Part shown: piece after piece, positions 1-11,660 of the stretch
How the letters are laid out: every line of letters starts with the position of its first letter
How positions within the stretch are numbered: position 1 is the first letter of the stretch
DNA from: Scenedesmus sp. PABB004
Lineage: Eukaryota
Assembly (NCBI GenBank): GCA_014905635.1
Contig: JABVCE010000026.1
Span: forward strand, 124,001-188,000
Direction of reading: 5' to 3'
DNA: 64,000 nucleotides
Translations under genes and position numbers: made by a program
The notes under the pieces: model-generated
What the model was told of the DNA's origin: nothing
The model's database searches: none
What the model saw: only the letters and a program-made list of their open reading frames with translations

Positions 1-1
1 T

Positions 2-1609
2 ATTGAGGCGGAGCTGACGCGCGAGATCACGCAGTTTGCCGGCCGCGTCGTGGCGCGGCACCGGGAGCAGCTGCTCGCCGAGATCACCGGCCTGGGCGCG
101 TGCGGCGCGCAGGCGGCGGCGGCCGCGGCGGGCGAGCTCCCGCCGTGCGGCGCGGGCGCGGGCCTGCGCGCGAGCTGCAGCAGCGCGAGCCTCATGGCCG
201 CGCCGCGCGCGGCCGGCGGCCGCGGCGGCGCGCCGCTGCTCGCGCTGGCGAGCGCGGGCAGCGGCGACTCGGCCGGCAGCGGCTGCGCGGCGCCGCGCCT
301 CGCGGCGGCCGCGTCGGACGCGTCGCAGCAGACGGCCGGGCTCGTGGCGGCGCGGCAGAGCTGCAGCGGCGCCTGGGCGCCCGCCGGCAGCGCCGGGCAC
401 GCGCAGTCGTGCGGCTCGCTGCGCGAGCAGGCGCCGAGCCCCGCGCTCTCGCTCGTGACGCTGCCGGGCGGCGGCGGCGACGCTGGCGCGTGCAGCGGCG
501 CGGGCACGCCCGCGAGCGCGCGCAGCCGCGCGGCCGGCTTCTCGCCGTTTGCGCGGCAGCAGCAGCAGGCGGCGGTGTGCGAGGCGCTCGCCGCGGACGA
601 GCGCGGCGCGCCGGCCTGCTCCGCCGCGGGCTGCAGCGGCTCCGCCGCGGGCACGCCCGCCAGCGCGCCCGCGCCCGCGCCGCCCGCGGGCGGCGGCGCG
701 GCGGGCTGCTGGGGCGCCGGCGCGGTGGGGCTGGACGACGACGACGTCGCGCAGCTGCTCGCGGCGATCGAGGGCGACGCGGCGTGCGGCGAGGCGGTCG
801 CGCCGAGCATCTTCGACGACATCGACGCGCTTCTGCTCGACGACGGGCCCGACGACGCCCTGGGCGCCTGCCTGGCGCCGCCGCACGACGCCCCGCGCGC
901 CGGCGGCGCCGGCGGCGCGGACGCCCAGCAGCGCCCGGCGCAGCAGCCCGCCCAGCAGGCGGCCCAGCAGGCGGCGGCGCAGCGCCCGGCGCCGGCGCCG
1001 CAGGCGCCCTGCGCGCCCCGGGCGTGCTCGCCCGCGGCGGCGGCGCAGGCGGCGGCGGCAGCGCAGGCGCAGGCGGCGCAGGCCGCGGCGGTCCAGGCCG
1101 CGCTCCAGCAGCAGCAGGCGCTGGTGCAGCACCACCTGCAGCAGGCGCTGCTGTGCCTGACCAAGAAGGCCAAGCCGGCGCAGCAGCAGCAGCACGCTGC
1201 GTACGCGGGGCTGTCGGTGCAGGTGCCGGCCAGCTGCGGCGGCGCGGGCCCCAGCCCGCTGCCGAGCCAGCCGCTGGCGCGCACGAGCAGCTGCCGCTCG
1301 CTGCTGAGCACGCACAGCACCAGCACCGGCGGCGCGACGCCCGCCGGCTCGTGCGGCAGCCCCGCGCCCGTGGTGCAGCGCAAGCGCACGTGGCCGGCCT
1401 GCGCCTCCGCCTGGCCGGCGGACCCGGCGACGCAGCCGCCGGCGTGCCCCGCGCCGAAGCGCCGCGCCGTCGCCGGCGGGTCGGCGGCGCGCGGCCAGCC
1501 GTGGCTGGCGCCGCAGGCGCAGGCGCTGCAGCCGGCCCCGCTCATGGCGCAGATGCCGCCCTGGCTGGCGCGCCAGGTCAGCGTCACGCACTCGCTGGGC
1601 AGCCGCTGA
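2..1609 (+). CDS. 3' part (terminal exon) of an unknown low-complexity protein, possibly a transcription regulator; 5' end lies outside the window
   Basis: Frame is open from base 2 (IEAELTREITQFAGRVVARHREQ...) to TGA at 1607-1609. Ala/Gln-rich, with acidic-hydrophobic patches (DDDDVAQLLAAIEGD, SIFDDIDALLLDD) and basic NLS-like motifs (QRKRTW, PAPKRR). Confidence 0.6.
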   Translation: MEAELTREITQFAGRVVARHREQLLAEITGLGACGAQAAAAAAGELPPCGAGAGLRASCSSASLMAAPRAAGGRGGAPLLALASAGSGDSAGSGCAAPRLAAAASDASQQTAGLVAARQSCSGAWAPAGSAGHAQSCGSLREQAPSPALSLVTLPGGGGDAGACSGAGTPASARSRAAGFSPFARQQQQAAVCEALAADERGAPACSAAGCSGSAAGTPASAPAPAPPAGGGAAGCWGAGAVGLDDDDVAQLLAAIEGDAACGEAVAPSIFDDIDALLLDDGPDDALGACLAPPHDAPRAGGAGGADAQQRPAQQPAQQAAQQAAAQRPAPAPQAPCAPRACSPAAAAQAAAAAQAQAAQAAAVQAALQQQQALVQHHLQQALLCLTKKAKPAQQQQHAAYAGLSVQVPASCGGAGPSPLPSQPLARTSSCRSLLSTHSTSTGGATPAGSCGSPAPVVQRKRTWPACASAWPADPATQPPACPAPKRRAVAGGSAARGQPWLAPQAQALQPAPLMAQMPPWLARQVSVTHSLGSR

Positions 1610-4281
1610 GCCGGCGAGCAACGACGGCGGCGGCCCCTGCGCCGCACCAACGTGCCACGGGCGCCGGATGGACGGGGAACGGACCACGGCTGGTTGACGC
1701 ACCAACGCGCAGCGCGCGAGCGCGCACGAGTGACGGTGATCGCTAGTTGCACGCACCACGCACTCCCTGGCACGCCTTGCGACACAGGCGAGCGTGCAGC
1801 TGCGCAGGAGAGGCTGCGAGCAGGGCGGCGGCCGCGGGGCGGCGGCGCGGTGCTGGCGCCTCGAGCGCTTGCTCCGCAGCGCGCCGCCGCTCCCCCGCGC
1901 CCTGGGTCCCTGTGCTCGTTTCCGAACGATCGGCCCGCGCGGCGGCCGTGTGATTGCGCCCGCCCGCCGGGCGGGCGAGTGGGTTCGTCCGCTGTTGCTG
2001 CAGCATCACGACTTGCGCGCACTGTCACGAGGAGGGGGCGCGGCCCCCTAGCAGCACCACGCATCGCCGGTCCGTCGCACACAGTGGCGCTTGGAGGCGG
2101 GCCGCACCGGCCCGCGCACGCCACTGCACGCACGCATGCAGGTGCACCCAACGGGGCCACGTCACAGCTCAGAACAGGCGGCGGCAGTGCTGTCTTGGCG
2201 GGCGGCTGTCTGCCAGCGCGCGCACCGCGCGCGGCGCGGCCCCCGCGTGTTTCGTTTTTCGCGTTTGTTGCACACACCTTTGATGTCGCCAGGCACGATC
2301 GATCGCGTGGCCGGCCCTTTCGTCCCGCGGGATGGAACACACACACTCAGGTTTTTCATGCATTCCCCACCAGCCGGGGGCTCTGTGTGCAGGTGTGTCG
2401 AGGTGCGGCGCGCCCCGGGCGCGGTGCCCCGACGTTCGTGGCGTGAAGAGCTGGGCATCTGTGCGCGCCTGCTGGCCTACGCCCCGGCGCCGATCAGTGT
2501 GGCTGGCCGCCGGCCAGGCGCGCGCCGGCTGCGGGCGCGCGTGAGCGGCGTGTTGGTGCGTCAGATGATTGCCACCGCGCGCTCCGCGCGCCCGCACGCT
2601 GCACGCGGCCCCGCGTGCGTGCGGCGGCGACGCGCGCGCTCCCGGCGCCGGCTCGCCGTGCAGCAGCGTCTTGACCGAATCGGTCCTGTTTGCGCGGCAC
2701 TGCTGACCCATCATTTGCTTCGTCTTGCCCTTTCATCGCATTTCACGCGGCCGCCGCGAGGGCAAGGCGCGCTACAGCCCTGCGCTGGCACGCGCGCCTG
2801 TGCACGCCCGTCGCTGGCGCGCCGCGGCGGCTCGGGGTGCGGCGCGGATGCGGACCACCAAACACCTGCTGCGCAAGCACGGTGCCATACCATCCGCGCC
2901 GCGCGAGGCCCCGGCCGCTTGAGCCACACTGACTGACGCTGCTGCACCCCTGACGCGCGCGTGCGGCGCGGCCGCCGCTCCGCGGCGCGCCGCGCCGCCG
3001 CGCCTGACCCGTTGACCACTCGCGAATACCTGGGCCCGGTGGTGGTCGCGAATAAGCACTCGCAGGGGACGACCAATGAGCAAGCCAGTGCCTGGCCTGG
3101 CACCAAACGACCCTCAAGCGCCGCGGGGTCCGGGCGGGCGCGCCGGCGCCTCCCGGGCACGCGTGTGCGTGGGACCCGGCGTCAACGGCGGCGGCCGCGC
3201 GCGGGCACGCGAGCTTGCCCGCAAGGGCTGCTGCTGCCCGCGCGACGGCGCCGCGCGGCGACTGCCCCTGACCGGCTCCGCCAGCGCCTTTGATTGCAGC
3301 GCGTCCCACGTGCTTGCGCAGGCGGACGAGAGAGATACCGTGGCTGGCTGGCGTGGCTGTGATATCGGGCCGCTGCGCGCCGGCCGGCCGGCCGCTGGGC
3401 CGTTTTGATCCCACGCCCAGCGCGCCGGGGGCGCGCAGACTACGTTCACGCACGCGCACTCCTCCCACCGCGCCGCCCCGCCGCCGGCCCTTCGCCGGGG
3501 CCGGCGGCGGGCGCGGCCCGCACACTCACTCCCTTGGCGGCTGCGCAGCCGCACCCTCACCCATGAGCACACACCGGGCCGACTGTGCGGCGCGGCCAGG
3601 CTGTGAGCTTCAGCGGACAGCCTGGCGCGCGGCCCGGACCCTCACTCACTGCACTGACGGCGGCGGGAGATCACACAAGAAGCTAAGAGCTAACCCAACC
3701 AGCCGTGGCGCGCTGGGCTGCGGCCCAGGCGCCCCGGCGGGGGCGCGTTGGTAGCCAGGCCGTGTGGGGCGACGACGACGGGGCGATAGCGTAGTGCGGC
3801 GGCCGGGATCTGCCTCTCGCTCTGGCCTCCAGTGTGCGTGAATGCTTGCGACAGCCGGGGCTGAGAACGCCTCAGGCCTGGCCCCACAAGCCGCCACTGC
3901 GACGGAGCCCGGCCCATGCTTTGATCTAGTACTTACGATTGCCTGTACTTACGATTACCGACGGTGCACGGGCGCGCAGTGGTAACTGCTACGGCACCCG
4001 ACGACGGCTGCTGCGCGGCGGCGATCGCGCGAGCGGCCTGGTCTGGCGGCGGGTGGGGCCGCCGTCGCGGGCAGAAGGAACGCCGTTTACCGCCGCCCAA
4101 TCGGGCAGCGACCCCCCTCTGCAGCAGCAGCACAAAACCTCCGCATGCGGTGCCTGGGCGCGGGCCCCGGCCGCTAGCGTCGCGACGCCCCCTCGCCCGA
4201 TCCCTGCAGGCCGCTGCGCCGCAGGCCGCCGCGGCGCGACTCGCCGCCGCCGCGCCGCCGGCGCCGCGCCCGCCGCGGGGC

Positions 4282-5551
4282 TCAGAACTCGAGGTCGGTC
4301 TCGAAGCTGCACGCGACGCGCGGCACGGGCTGGCTGGGGCTCTTGAGCGCCACGAGCTTGACCGCCTTGTACGCGTACTCGAGGCTGAGGTCGTCGGTCT
4401 TCAGGTTCCACCCAAACTTGTACTTGCCGCCGTGCAGCGGCCGGCTGACCGCAAGGCTCGGCGCCTTGCGCACGAGGTTGTAGCTCGGCTCGTACGTCCA
4501 CGGGCCGTCGCTCAGCGCGATCTTGGCGGCCGTGACCTGCGCGGGCACGCGCGGAGAGGGAGCGGCGCGCGGCGCGGGCGTGAGCGGCGCGGCGCGGCGC
4601 GCCCGCGGCCCCGGTCCCGCGCGCCACACGCCGCCCCCGCTGGCCCCCGCTGGCGCCGCGCCGCCCCCGCCCCGCTGGCCCCCGCCCCGCTGGCCCCCGC
4701 ACCGCCGGCCCCCGCCGCCCCCGCGCGCCGCGCCGCGCCTGCTTGTCTGTGAAGGCGACCGTGGCCTTCTTGTTAGGCGCGAGCGCGCTGATGACCTCGC
4801 CCATGACGCCGCGCGACTTGGTGAGGTAATTGAGCTTCAGCGTGCACTTCTTGCCCCCGACCTTGCGGTCGTGCGTGAGGCCGAGCTTGCTCGCCTTGCT
4901 CTGGATGTTGTGGCTGATGGAGAGCTTGGTGTCGCTGCGCGCCTGCGGGGCCGGCGAGAGGGGCGGGGGAGCGCGGCGCGCGGGGGAGCGCGGGGCGCGT
5001 GGGCGCGCGGCGACCCGCCGGCGCGGGCGCGGCGCCGCTGTCATCCCTGCTGCGCCTGCTGCCCCTGCTGCGCCTGCTGCGCCTGCTGCGCCCGCTGCCG
5101 GCGCCGCCCGCGCCGCGCCGCGCCGCGCTGGGCCCGACCTGCACGTCGGCCGAGAGCACAAGCCCCGGGATGGACTTGATCTTGCGGACGGTGTTGTCCT
5201 GCGAAGGGCGCCGGCGGCGCGCTGAGCAGCAGCGGGCGCGGCCGGCCGCCCCCGGGCTGCGCGGCGCGCCGCGTCGGCGGCGCAAGCAGCGGGCGCGGAC
5301 CGCCGCCGCCCGCCGCGCCGCGCCGGGGCCCCGCGGCGGGCCGCTGGCGCGCCCGATTGGGCGGCGGGGGTGCTGTGCGCCCGGGATTGGGGTCGCACCG
5401 AGAAGCCGACGCCCAGGGTGACCTTCTTGCCCATCTTTTGCTTGACGTTGAAGTCAGCGGCGCCGCTGGGGCTGTGGGCGAACTTCCAGCCGTCGTCCTT
5501 CTTCTCCACCAGCGTCAGGCTCGCCTTGGGCGTGGCCTTGCGGTTCGACAT
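4282..5551 (-). CDS. Lys-rich beta-barrel, plastid outer envelope pore OEP24-like (4 exons)
   Basis: Spliced product MSNRKATPKASLTLVEKKDDGWKF...GFS|DNTVRKIK...VQ|ARSDTKLSISHN...TDKQ|VTAAKIAL...WTYEPSYNLV...ACSFETDLEF*. Alternating amphipathic beta-strands and a terminal Phe; third intron is GC-AG (donor 4738). Family assignment is by recall only. Confidence 0.55.
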
Positions 5552-6139
5552 CGCGGCTGCGGCGAGAACGGCCCGGGTGCGGCGTGGGTGATTCGGGGCA
5601 CGGAGCGGTCCGCTGCGGGCGCGGAGCGGGGGGCGGGGGACGGGCGGTGCGCGAGTGGAGGCGTGCGCGGATCGCCCAGGAGGCGCGCGGCTGCGCCGGC
5701 GCGCCGGCGGCGCCGCGCCAGGGCCCGGCCGCCGCTGGGCCCCGCGCCCAGTTGGCACGCGCGCCGGCGGGTCGCCGCGCAGCGCCAGGGCCGCCGGCGG
5801 CCGCTCCGCGCGGCGGAGCTGCTGCCGTCATCGTCGCAGGGCGCTGCCACCGCGCGCGCAGCCCACACAGCGCGACGCAACTGGGCGCGTTGCACTGGCG
5901 ATCCGCCGCAGCGTGCGACCACGCACGCGGCCGCGCCATGGCAATGCCGCGAGCACCGACGCGCGGCAAAGCGCAAACCAACAACACCGGAACCAAGGTC
6001 CCACGGCTGCCCCATGCAGCCCCTGCTGCCGCGCACGCCGCGACGCCGGGCGGCACGCGCCGCCGCGTGCCCTCACGCCGCCTGCCCTGGGTTGACGAAC
6101 AGGCCCACTGGTGAGCAGAGGGCGGCGGCAGGAGCGGCG

Positions 6140-8203
6140 TCAGCACGGCGCCAGCGTGGGCCGCGGGCCCTGGCCTGGCGGCGCGGGACGCCCCGCCGCG
6201 CGACCGGCCGCCCCGGCTGCGCGCGCTGTGCCGCGCCCACCGTGCACGTGGTCGTGCACCGTCACGTCCAGCAGCACGCCGACAGCGGGCGCCTCGGCCG
6301 CGTGGCGGCGGCGTCGGGACCCGTATTTGGCGGCGCCGCCGGCGCAGGGGCTCGCGGCTGCGACGGACGGCACCTCGGCGCCGCCGCCGCCGCGACTGCC
6401 CCCGCCGACCGGCTGCTGCTGCTGCTGCTGCTGCTGTCCCGGCTGCCCCGGCTGCGCCTGCCCCTGCTGTGCCTGCTCCTCGCCCTGCTGCTGCCCCTGC
6501 TGCTCGTCGTCCCCCTCGCTGCTGCTGTCGCTGCAGTCGTCCAGCTGGAACGAGGCGACCTGGCCGCCGTTGCTCGCGCCGTTGCTCGCGCCGTTGGCGC
6601 CGCCCCCCTGCGTGCCGGCGCCGGCGCCGCCAGCGCTGCTGCCGGGGCGGTTCTCGGCCGACACCGTGCTGTGCCCGCGCTCGGCAGCGATGGCCGCAAT
6701 GACTGCGTCCAGGCGGCCGTGGTCCACGGCGCCCCCGCCCTCTCCGGCGGCGACGTACTGCGCGCGGCGGCCGGCGCGCGGCGGGGCGTGGGCGGCGGGC
6801 GGGCCGCTCTCTCGCGCCGCGGCGAGAGAGCGGGCGCGCCGCTGGGGCGCGGCGCGCGGGGCGCGGCGCGCGGGGCCACGCACGCGGTCGACGATGCCCA
6901 GGATGTCCTCCACCAGGCGCTGGATGGTGTTGAGGCTCACGCGGCGCAGCAGGCCGCCGAGCACGGGGAGGTGCGCGAAGAAGGAGGGCACGCCTGGGGC
7001 GCGCCAGCGCGGCGCCGGGTGGGCGGCCGGCGCGCGCGGCGCCGGGTGGCGCAGCGCGCGGCGCGGCGCGCGCGCGCCGCGCCGCGCCGGCGCACCCTTG
7101 GGCAGCACGTCCTGCTGCAGCACGGCATGGCAGCCCACGACGCGGCCGGCCGCGTCCCGCTTGGGCCGCAGCGCCCAGCTCCCGTGAAAGCGTGAGAGCA
7201 GGTCCTGCGTGTGCTCGCCGCGCAGCCGCCGGCGCCGCCGGCGTGGGCGGACGCTGGCAGCCGCGCGCCCCACAGACGCGGGCGCGGGCCCCCGCTGGCA
7301 GCCGCGCCCCGCGGCGGGCCCACCGAGCGCAGGAGGTCAAACTCGGTGCGCAGGCACGCGGGGTCGCGCGCGTCCTCTGTCACGTTGAGGTACGTCTTGA
7401 ACACGCGCCGCACCCACATCACGTGCAGCTGCGCCGCGGCGGCGGCGGCGGCGGCGGCGCAGCGCCGGCGCGTCTTGCCGCGGCGGCGCTGCCCAGGCGC
7501 AGGCGCGTGCACGCCCCAGGGGTCAGGGGCTTGAGGGCGGCGCGGCGCGGGCCGCACCTCGCCGCACTGCTCCACCTCGACGACCTTGAGCCCCGGCGCC
7601 TCCTGCCTGACGCGGCGGTAGCCGACGCACTTGATGTCGCGGAACGCGCCCGCGTTGTCTGCGGCGGCCGCCGCAGCGGCGGGCGCGCGAGGGGGCTCGG
7701 CCGGCGGCGGTCGCAGACCACGGGCGCGCGCAGCGCGCCGCGCCTGGGTGGCAGAAGATCGCAAAGATCACGTCGGGCGGCACGTTGAAGGTGCACTCGA
7801 GCTCGATGTGGCAGAGGTAGCCGGCCGCATTCGACACCTTGGCCGCGCGAGCCGCGGGCGCGCGGCGCGGCGCACGCAGCAGCGCGGCGGCGGCGGCGGC
7901 GGCCTCTCAACGCGCGGCCTGCGCGTCCCGGTGCCATCACGGGCATATATGGAGCGTGCAACCAGCCCTCGCACGCGCGTGCTGGCCGCCCCGCTCGGGA
8001 GAGGCCGAGGCAGCAGCAGCCCGCCCGCCCGCAGCGCCCCCGCCCGCCCGAGCAGCGCCCCTGCCCACCGCGGCGGTGTAGTTTGACTTTCGCGCCACGC
8101 TCGTCCCCTGCTGGCCGTCGGCGAGCTCCGGCAGGGGCTGAATCGTGTCCTCGCTGCCGGGCGCCCGCGCCTCGCTGCCGGTCGGAGCCTGCGCCGACGC
8201 CAT
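6140..8203 (-). CDS. START/SRPBCC (polyketide cyclase/lipid transport) superfamily protein, ~7 exons
   Basis: Exons give ...CHIELECTFNVPPDVIFAIFCHP|DNAGAFRDIK...VEVEQCGE|LHVMWVRRVFKTYLNVTED...FDLLRS|DLLSRFHGSWALRP...LQQDVLPK|GVPSFF..., followed by a low-complexity tail. Start and end are approximate. Confidence 0.65.
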
Positions 8204-8470
8204 GGCCCGCTGGGACGAGCGCGCCGGCAGCGCCGCGCAGGCCGTGCGCCTCCGCGCCCGCGCGCCTGCGCCGGCGCCGCTGCTGCTGACGGCGCGCGGC
8301 TGGCGGCTGACGGCGGCGGCGCGCAGAGGCAGACCAGTCCTTGCCGGTGGCGCGGCGCACGGACGTGAGTGGCGTGACAAGCGCACGGCGCGCGCGGTTC
8401 ACGGCTGCGTGACAGGTTTTGCCTCGGGCGCGCGAGCGCCCCCGCGCTGCCGCCCCAGCGCCCCAGCGCC

Positions 8471-9581
8471 TCACGCCCGGCCGCGCCCGCGCCCGCGCCC
8501 GCCGCGGCCGCCACGCCCGCCGCGGCCACCGCGCCCGCCGCGCCCGCCCGCGTCGCCGCCGCGCCCGCGCCCGCGGCCGCCGCCGCCGCCGGCCGCGGCG
8601 CGGCCGCGGCCGCGGCCCCGTCCCCGACCGCGGTTTGCCGGATCCTTCATCACATAGTCTGGGGGCCGGGGCCGGGGCAGGCGGCGGGCGGGGGCGAGGG
8701 CGTGAGGCCGGCGCGGCGCACGGCGCGCCCGCGGCGCTCCGGGCAGCCCCTCGCCGGCAGCCCCCTCGCCGCCGCCGCCGGCGGCAGCCGCCGCACCCGG
8801 GAAGAGGGCAAGGAGGCACTTGCGGTAGCTAAAGTCCTCGAGGCTGCCGTCGAGGGCCTGGATGTGGAAGCAGCTGCTGCTGCTCGTGCCCACGCGCATC
8901 TCGTCCACGCGGATGCTCTTGATGCCCTTGGCCAGCTGCGCCCAGGGGCGCGCGGCGGCGGGCACGCGGCGCGCGGCGCGCGGTGTGGGCGCCGGCGCGG
9001 CCGCGCGCGGCGCCGGGCCGGGCGGTCGCAATCGGCGCAGCGCGCCCCGCCGCGGGCGGCGGCGCACCTTTTCCGACGCGCGCGGGTGGCCCTTCTGCAG
9101 CAGGTCCAGCAGCAGCAGCAGCTCGTACTGCGCCGGGCGCGGCGCGACGGCGTCGACGCGCGGCGCGCGGGCGCGGCGCGAGCAGCACCGCCGCCGCGCG
9201 AGCACCACCGCCGCCGCCGCGCACCTCGTTCAGGTCCTCGCCCGGCTTGGCCTTCTTGAGGATGTCGGAGATGTAGTCGGACGCCTCGGTGCCGTTCTTG
9301 AAGGTGCGGTAGCCCAGCGTGACCGGCTCGACCGCGCGCTCGGGCGCCGCCGCCGCTGCGTCGCCGTCGGCGGCGCCGTCGCCGTCGCCCGCGTCGCCGT
9401 CGGCCTCGCCCAGCTCCTCATCCGACCCCGCGGCGCCCTCCGCGCCCTCCGCGCCCTCCGGCCCGCCCTGCGCGCCCTCGGCCTCGCCGGCGTCGGCCTT
9501 CACGCGCTTGGCGGCCGGCTGCGCCTCCTCCTCAGCCCCCTCCAGCCCGCGCTTGACCGCGTCGCCGCCCTCCTGCGCCAT
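8471..9581 (-). CDS. DUF3223 (DCL/DOMINO1/EMB514-like) protein with RGG tail, 4 exons
   Basis: PVTLGYRTFKNG...DLNE|YELLLLLDLLQKGHPRASEK|LAKGIKSIRV...SCFHIQALDGSLEDFSYRKC matches the DUF3223 motifs. Acidic N-terminus and C-terminal RGG repeats. Confidence 0.8.
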
Positions 9582-10903
9582 GGCAGCCGCGCAGGCGCTC
9601 CCGGGCGCCGAGCGGCGCGGGGGGCGGGGCGGATTGCGCGCGCCGACAGGACCGCCTGGCGCGGCGAGGGCGGGTCGGGGGGCGGACTGCGAGTGCCGGG
9701 GGCGTGGACCGTGGGCCGCTGCGCCTCTGGGCGCCGCGGCAGGGGGCGGCGGGTCAGGCGACGGCCGCGGCGGCGGCGCAACGGCAGAGAGCCCTCGCGC
9801 TCCGGGCCGGCAAGGCGCGCCGGCGGCGGGGACTGGGCCGTGCGCCGATCGCCGGTGGGCCGCTCCCACCGGCCGGCGCGGGCACACCGCCGCAGCAGCG
9901 CCGCTGTCTCGTGCGCAGCGGACACGGCGCGACCGCCGGCAGCAGCTCGGCGCGCGCCCACGCCCGCGCCGAAGCAAGAGGAGCAGCGGCAGCGTGGGGC
10001 GGCGCCGCTGCCGCCGCAGACCTGTGCCGGCGCTGATCAAAAAAAGAGGCAGAGACGCGAGGCCCGCCGGCGTTCGCTTGCGCCACGGCGGTTGCTGCTG
10101 CTGTCGCTGCGCGCGGCGGCGCTCCGCCGCCGGCGCGCGCCGCCCCCGGGGGCCGCCGCCGCCGCCGCCGCCGCCCCGGAGCCGCCGCTGCCGCCGTCGG
10201 GGCAGTCGCGCGCCGACCGGCCCCCGGCCGCCGCTGCTGCTGCGTGCGCGCGAACGGCGCTGGGCGGCGGCAGCGGCGCTGTCGGTCACGCGGCCAGCGG
10301 CCGGGTCGGGGCAGGGGCGCTGGATCATCCAGCCTGGATGCACATGGCAGGGGAGCGGACCGCGCCAGAAACCCCGCAACCGCCGCCCCGCGCCGCGCCT
10401 GCCCCCGCCGCCTGCTGCGCGGGCGCCCCGTCCTCGCGCACCCCTGGCCCACCCCAGCCGACCCTCAGCGACAGCCTGACGGGCCGCCCGCGCCCGGCCC
10501 GGATCGAAAAGGGTGGCGCGCGTCCGTTTCTCGCGCCGCGCGCCCGCCACGATGCCCCGCGCGCCCGTGAGCAGCCAGCGGACGCCCGCGTCCGCTGCGT
10601 AATGGGAGAGCGACTGCCGGTGCGGCGGCGGGCGCGGGCGCGGGCGCGGGCGGGCAGATGCCGGCGAGCCTTTGACCCGCGCCTGCAGCACCCGGGCGGG
10701 CCACGCGGACGGCCCGAGCGCCACAGCACAGTGCCGGCAACGCGCAGACCGTGGCATCGGGCCGCCAGGGCGCGGCTGCCGGGCGGGCTGGCGGGCAGCG
10801 AGCGCGGGCCGGCCCGCAGCGCGCGCGGTGCGGCCCCGGGGGCCGCGCGCGGGCGCTGGATGAGCAGCCCTCGCCGCCCCCCGCCCGACAGGCATCAGCA
10901 GTG

Positions 10904-11618
10904 ATGGGAAACGCGTACAGCGGCGCCAAACCCGCCCTCCCCTCGCTCAACCTGAACAAGGTGCGCGGCCGTGGGGGCGGCCGGGGGGCCCAAGGCAACG
11001 CGGCAGTGTGCCTGGTGGCTTCCCGGAACGCAGCGGCGGTGCCGGCGGCGCGCGGCGGCGAGCACGCGCGGCGGGCAGCGCAGCGCACGGCGCGCGGCGC
11101 CTTGACCGCCCCCGCCGCGCAGGTCAAGGCGTCGCCGGACGCGCCGGATGACCTCTACGCCGTCGGCAGCGCCCAGCGCAACGTGCTGCCCGCGGCGCGG
11201 CTGCCCGGCGGCGCGCGCAAGCTCCCGCAGCAGCTGATCGCGCCCGGCGGCGTGGGCCCGGACGGCACGCTCGACCACGGGCGCCTGCTGGCCAACAACA
11301 TCGTGCCCAAGCCCGTGCGCATGGAGCCGGACGCGCCGCACTCGGCGCGCGGCGCCGCCGGGTCGCTGCCGCACGTCGGCGCCCCGCCGCGCGTCGCGGC
11401 GACGAGCCGCCCCGCCGCCTACGCCGCGGCGGCGCCGCCGGCGGCGACGGACGCCATCCGCACGGCGCCGGCGGTGGAGACGGGGCCCATCACGCCCGCG
11501 CAGGCGCTCAAGCGCTACGGCGAGTACCTCACGCCGTTTGAGCAGAGCGAGATCCTGCAGTACAGCCAGGTGCGCGCGCGGGCTCGGCAGCCGCGCGGGC
11601 GGCGGTAGCTACCGCCGC

Positions 11619-11660
<42 letters not shown>

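Noticed and set aside
3026..3120. ATACCTGG resembling the U1 snRNA 5' end
   Set aside because: Lacks ACTTAC, the U1-70K/U1A loops and an Sm site.
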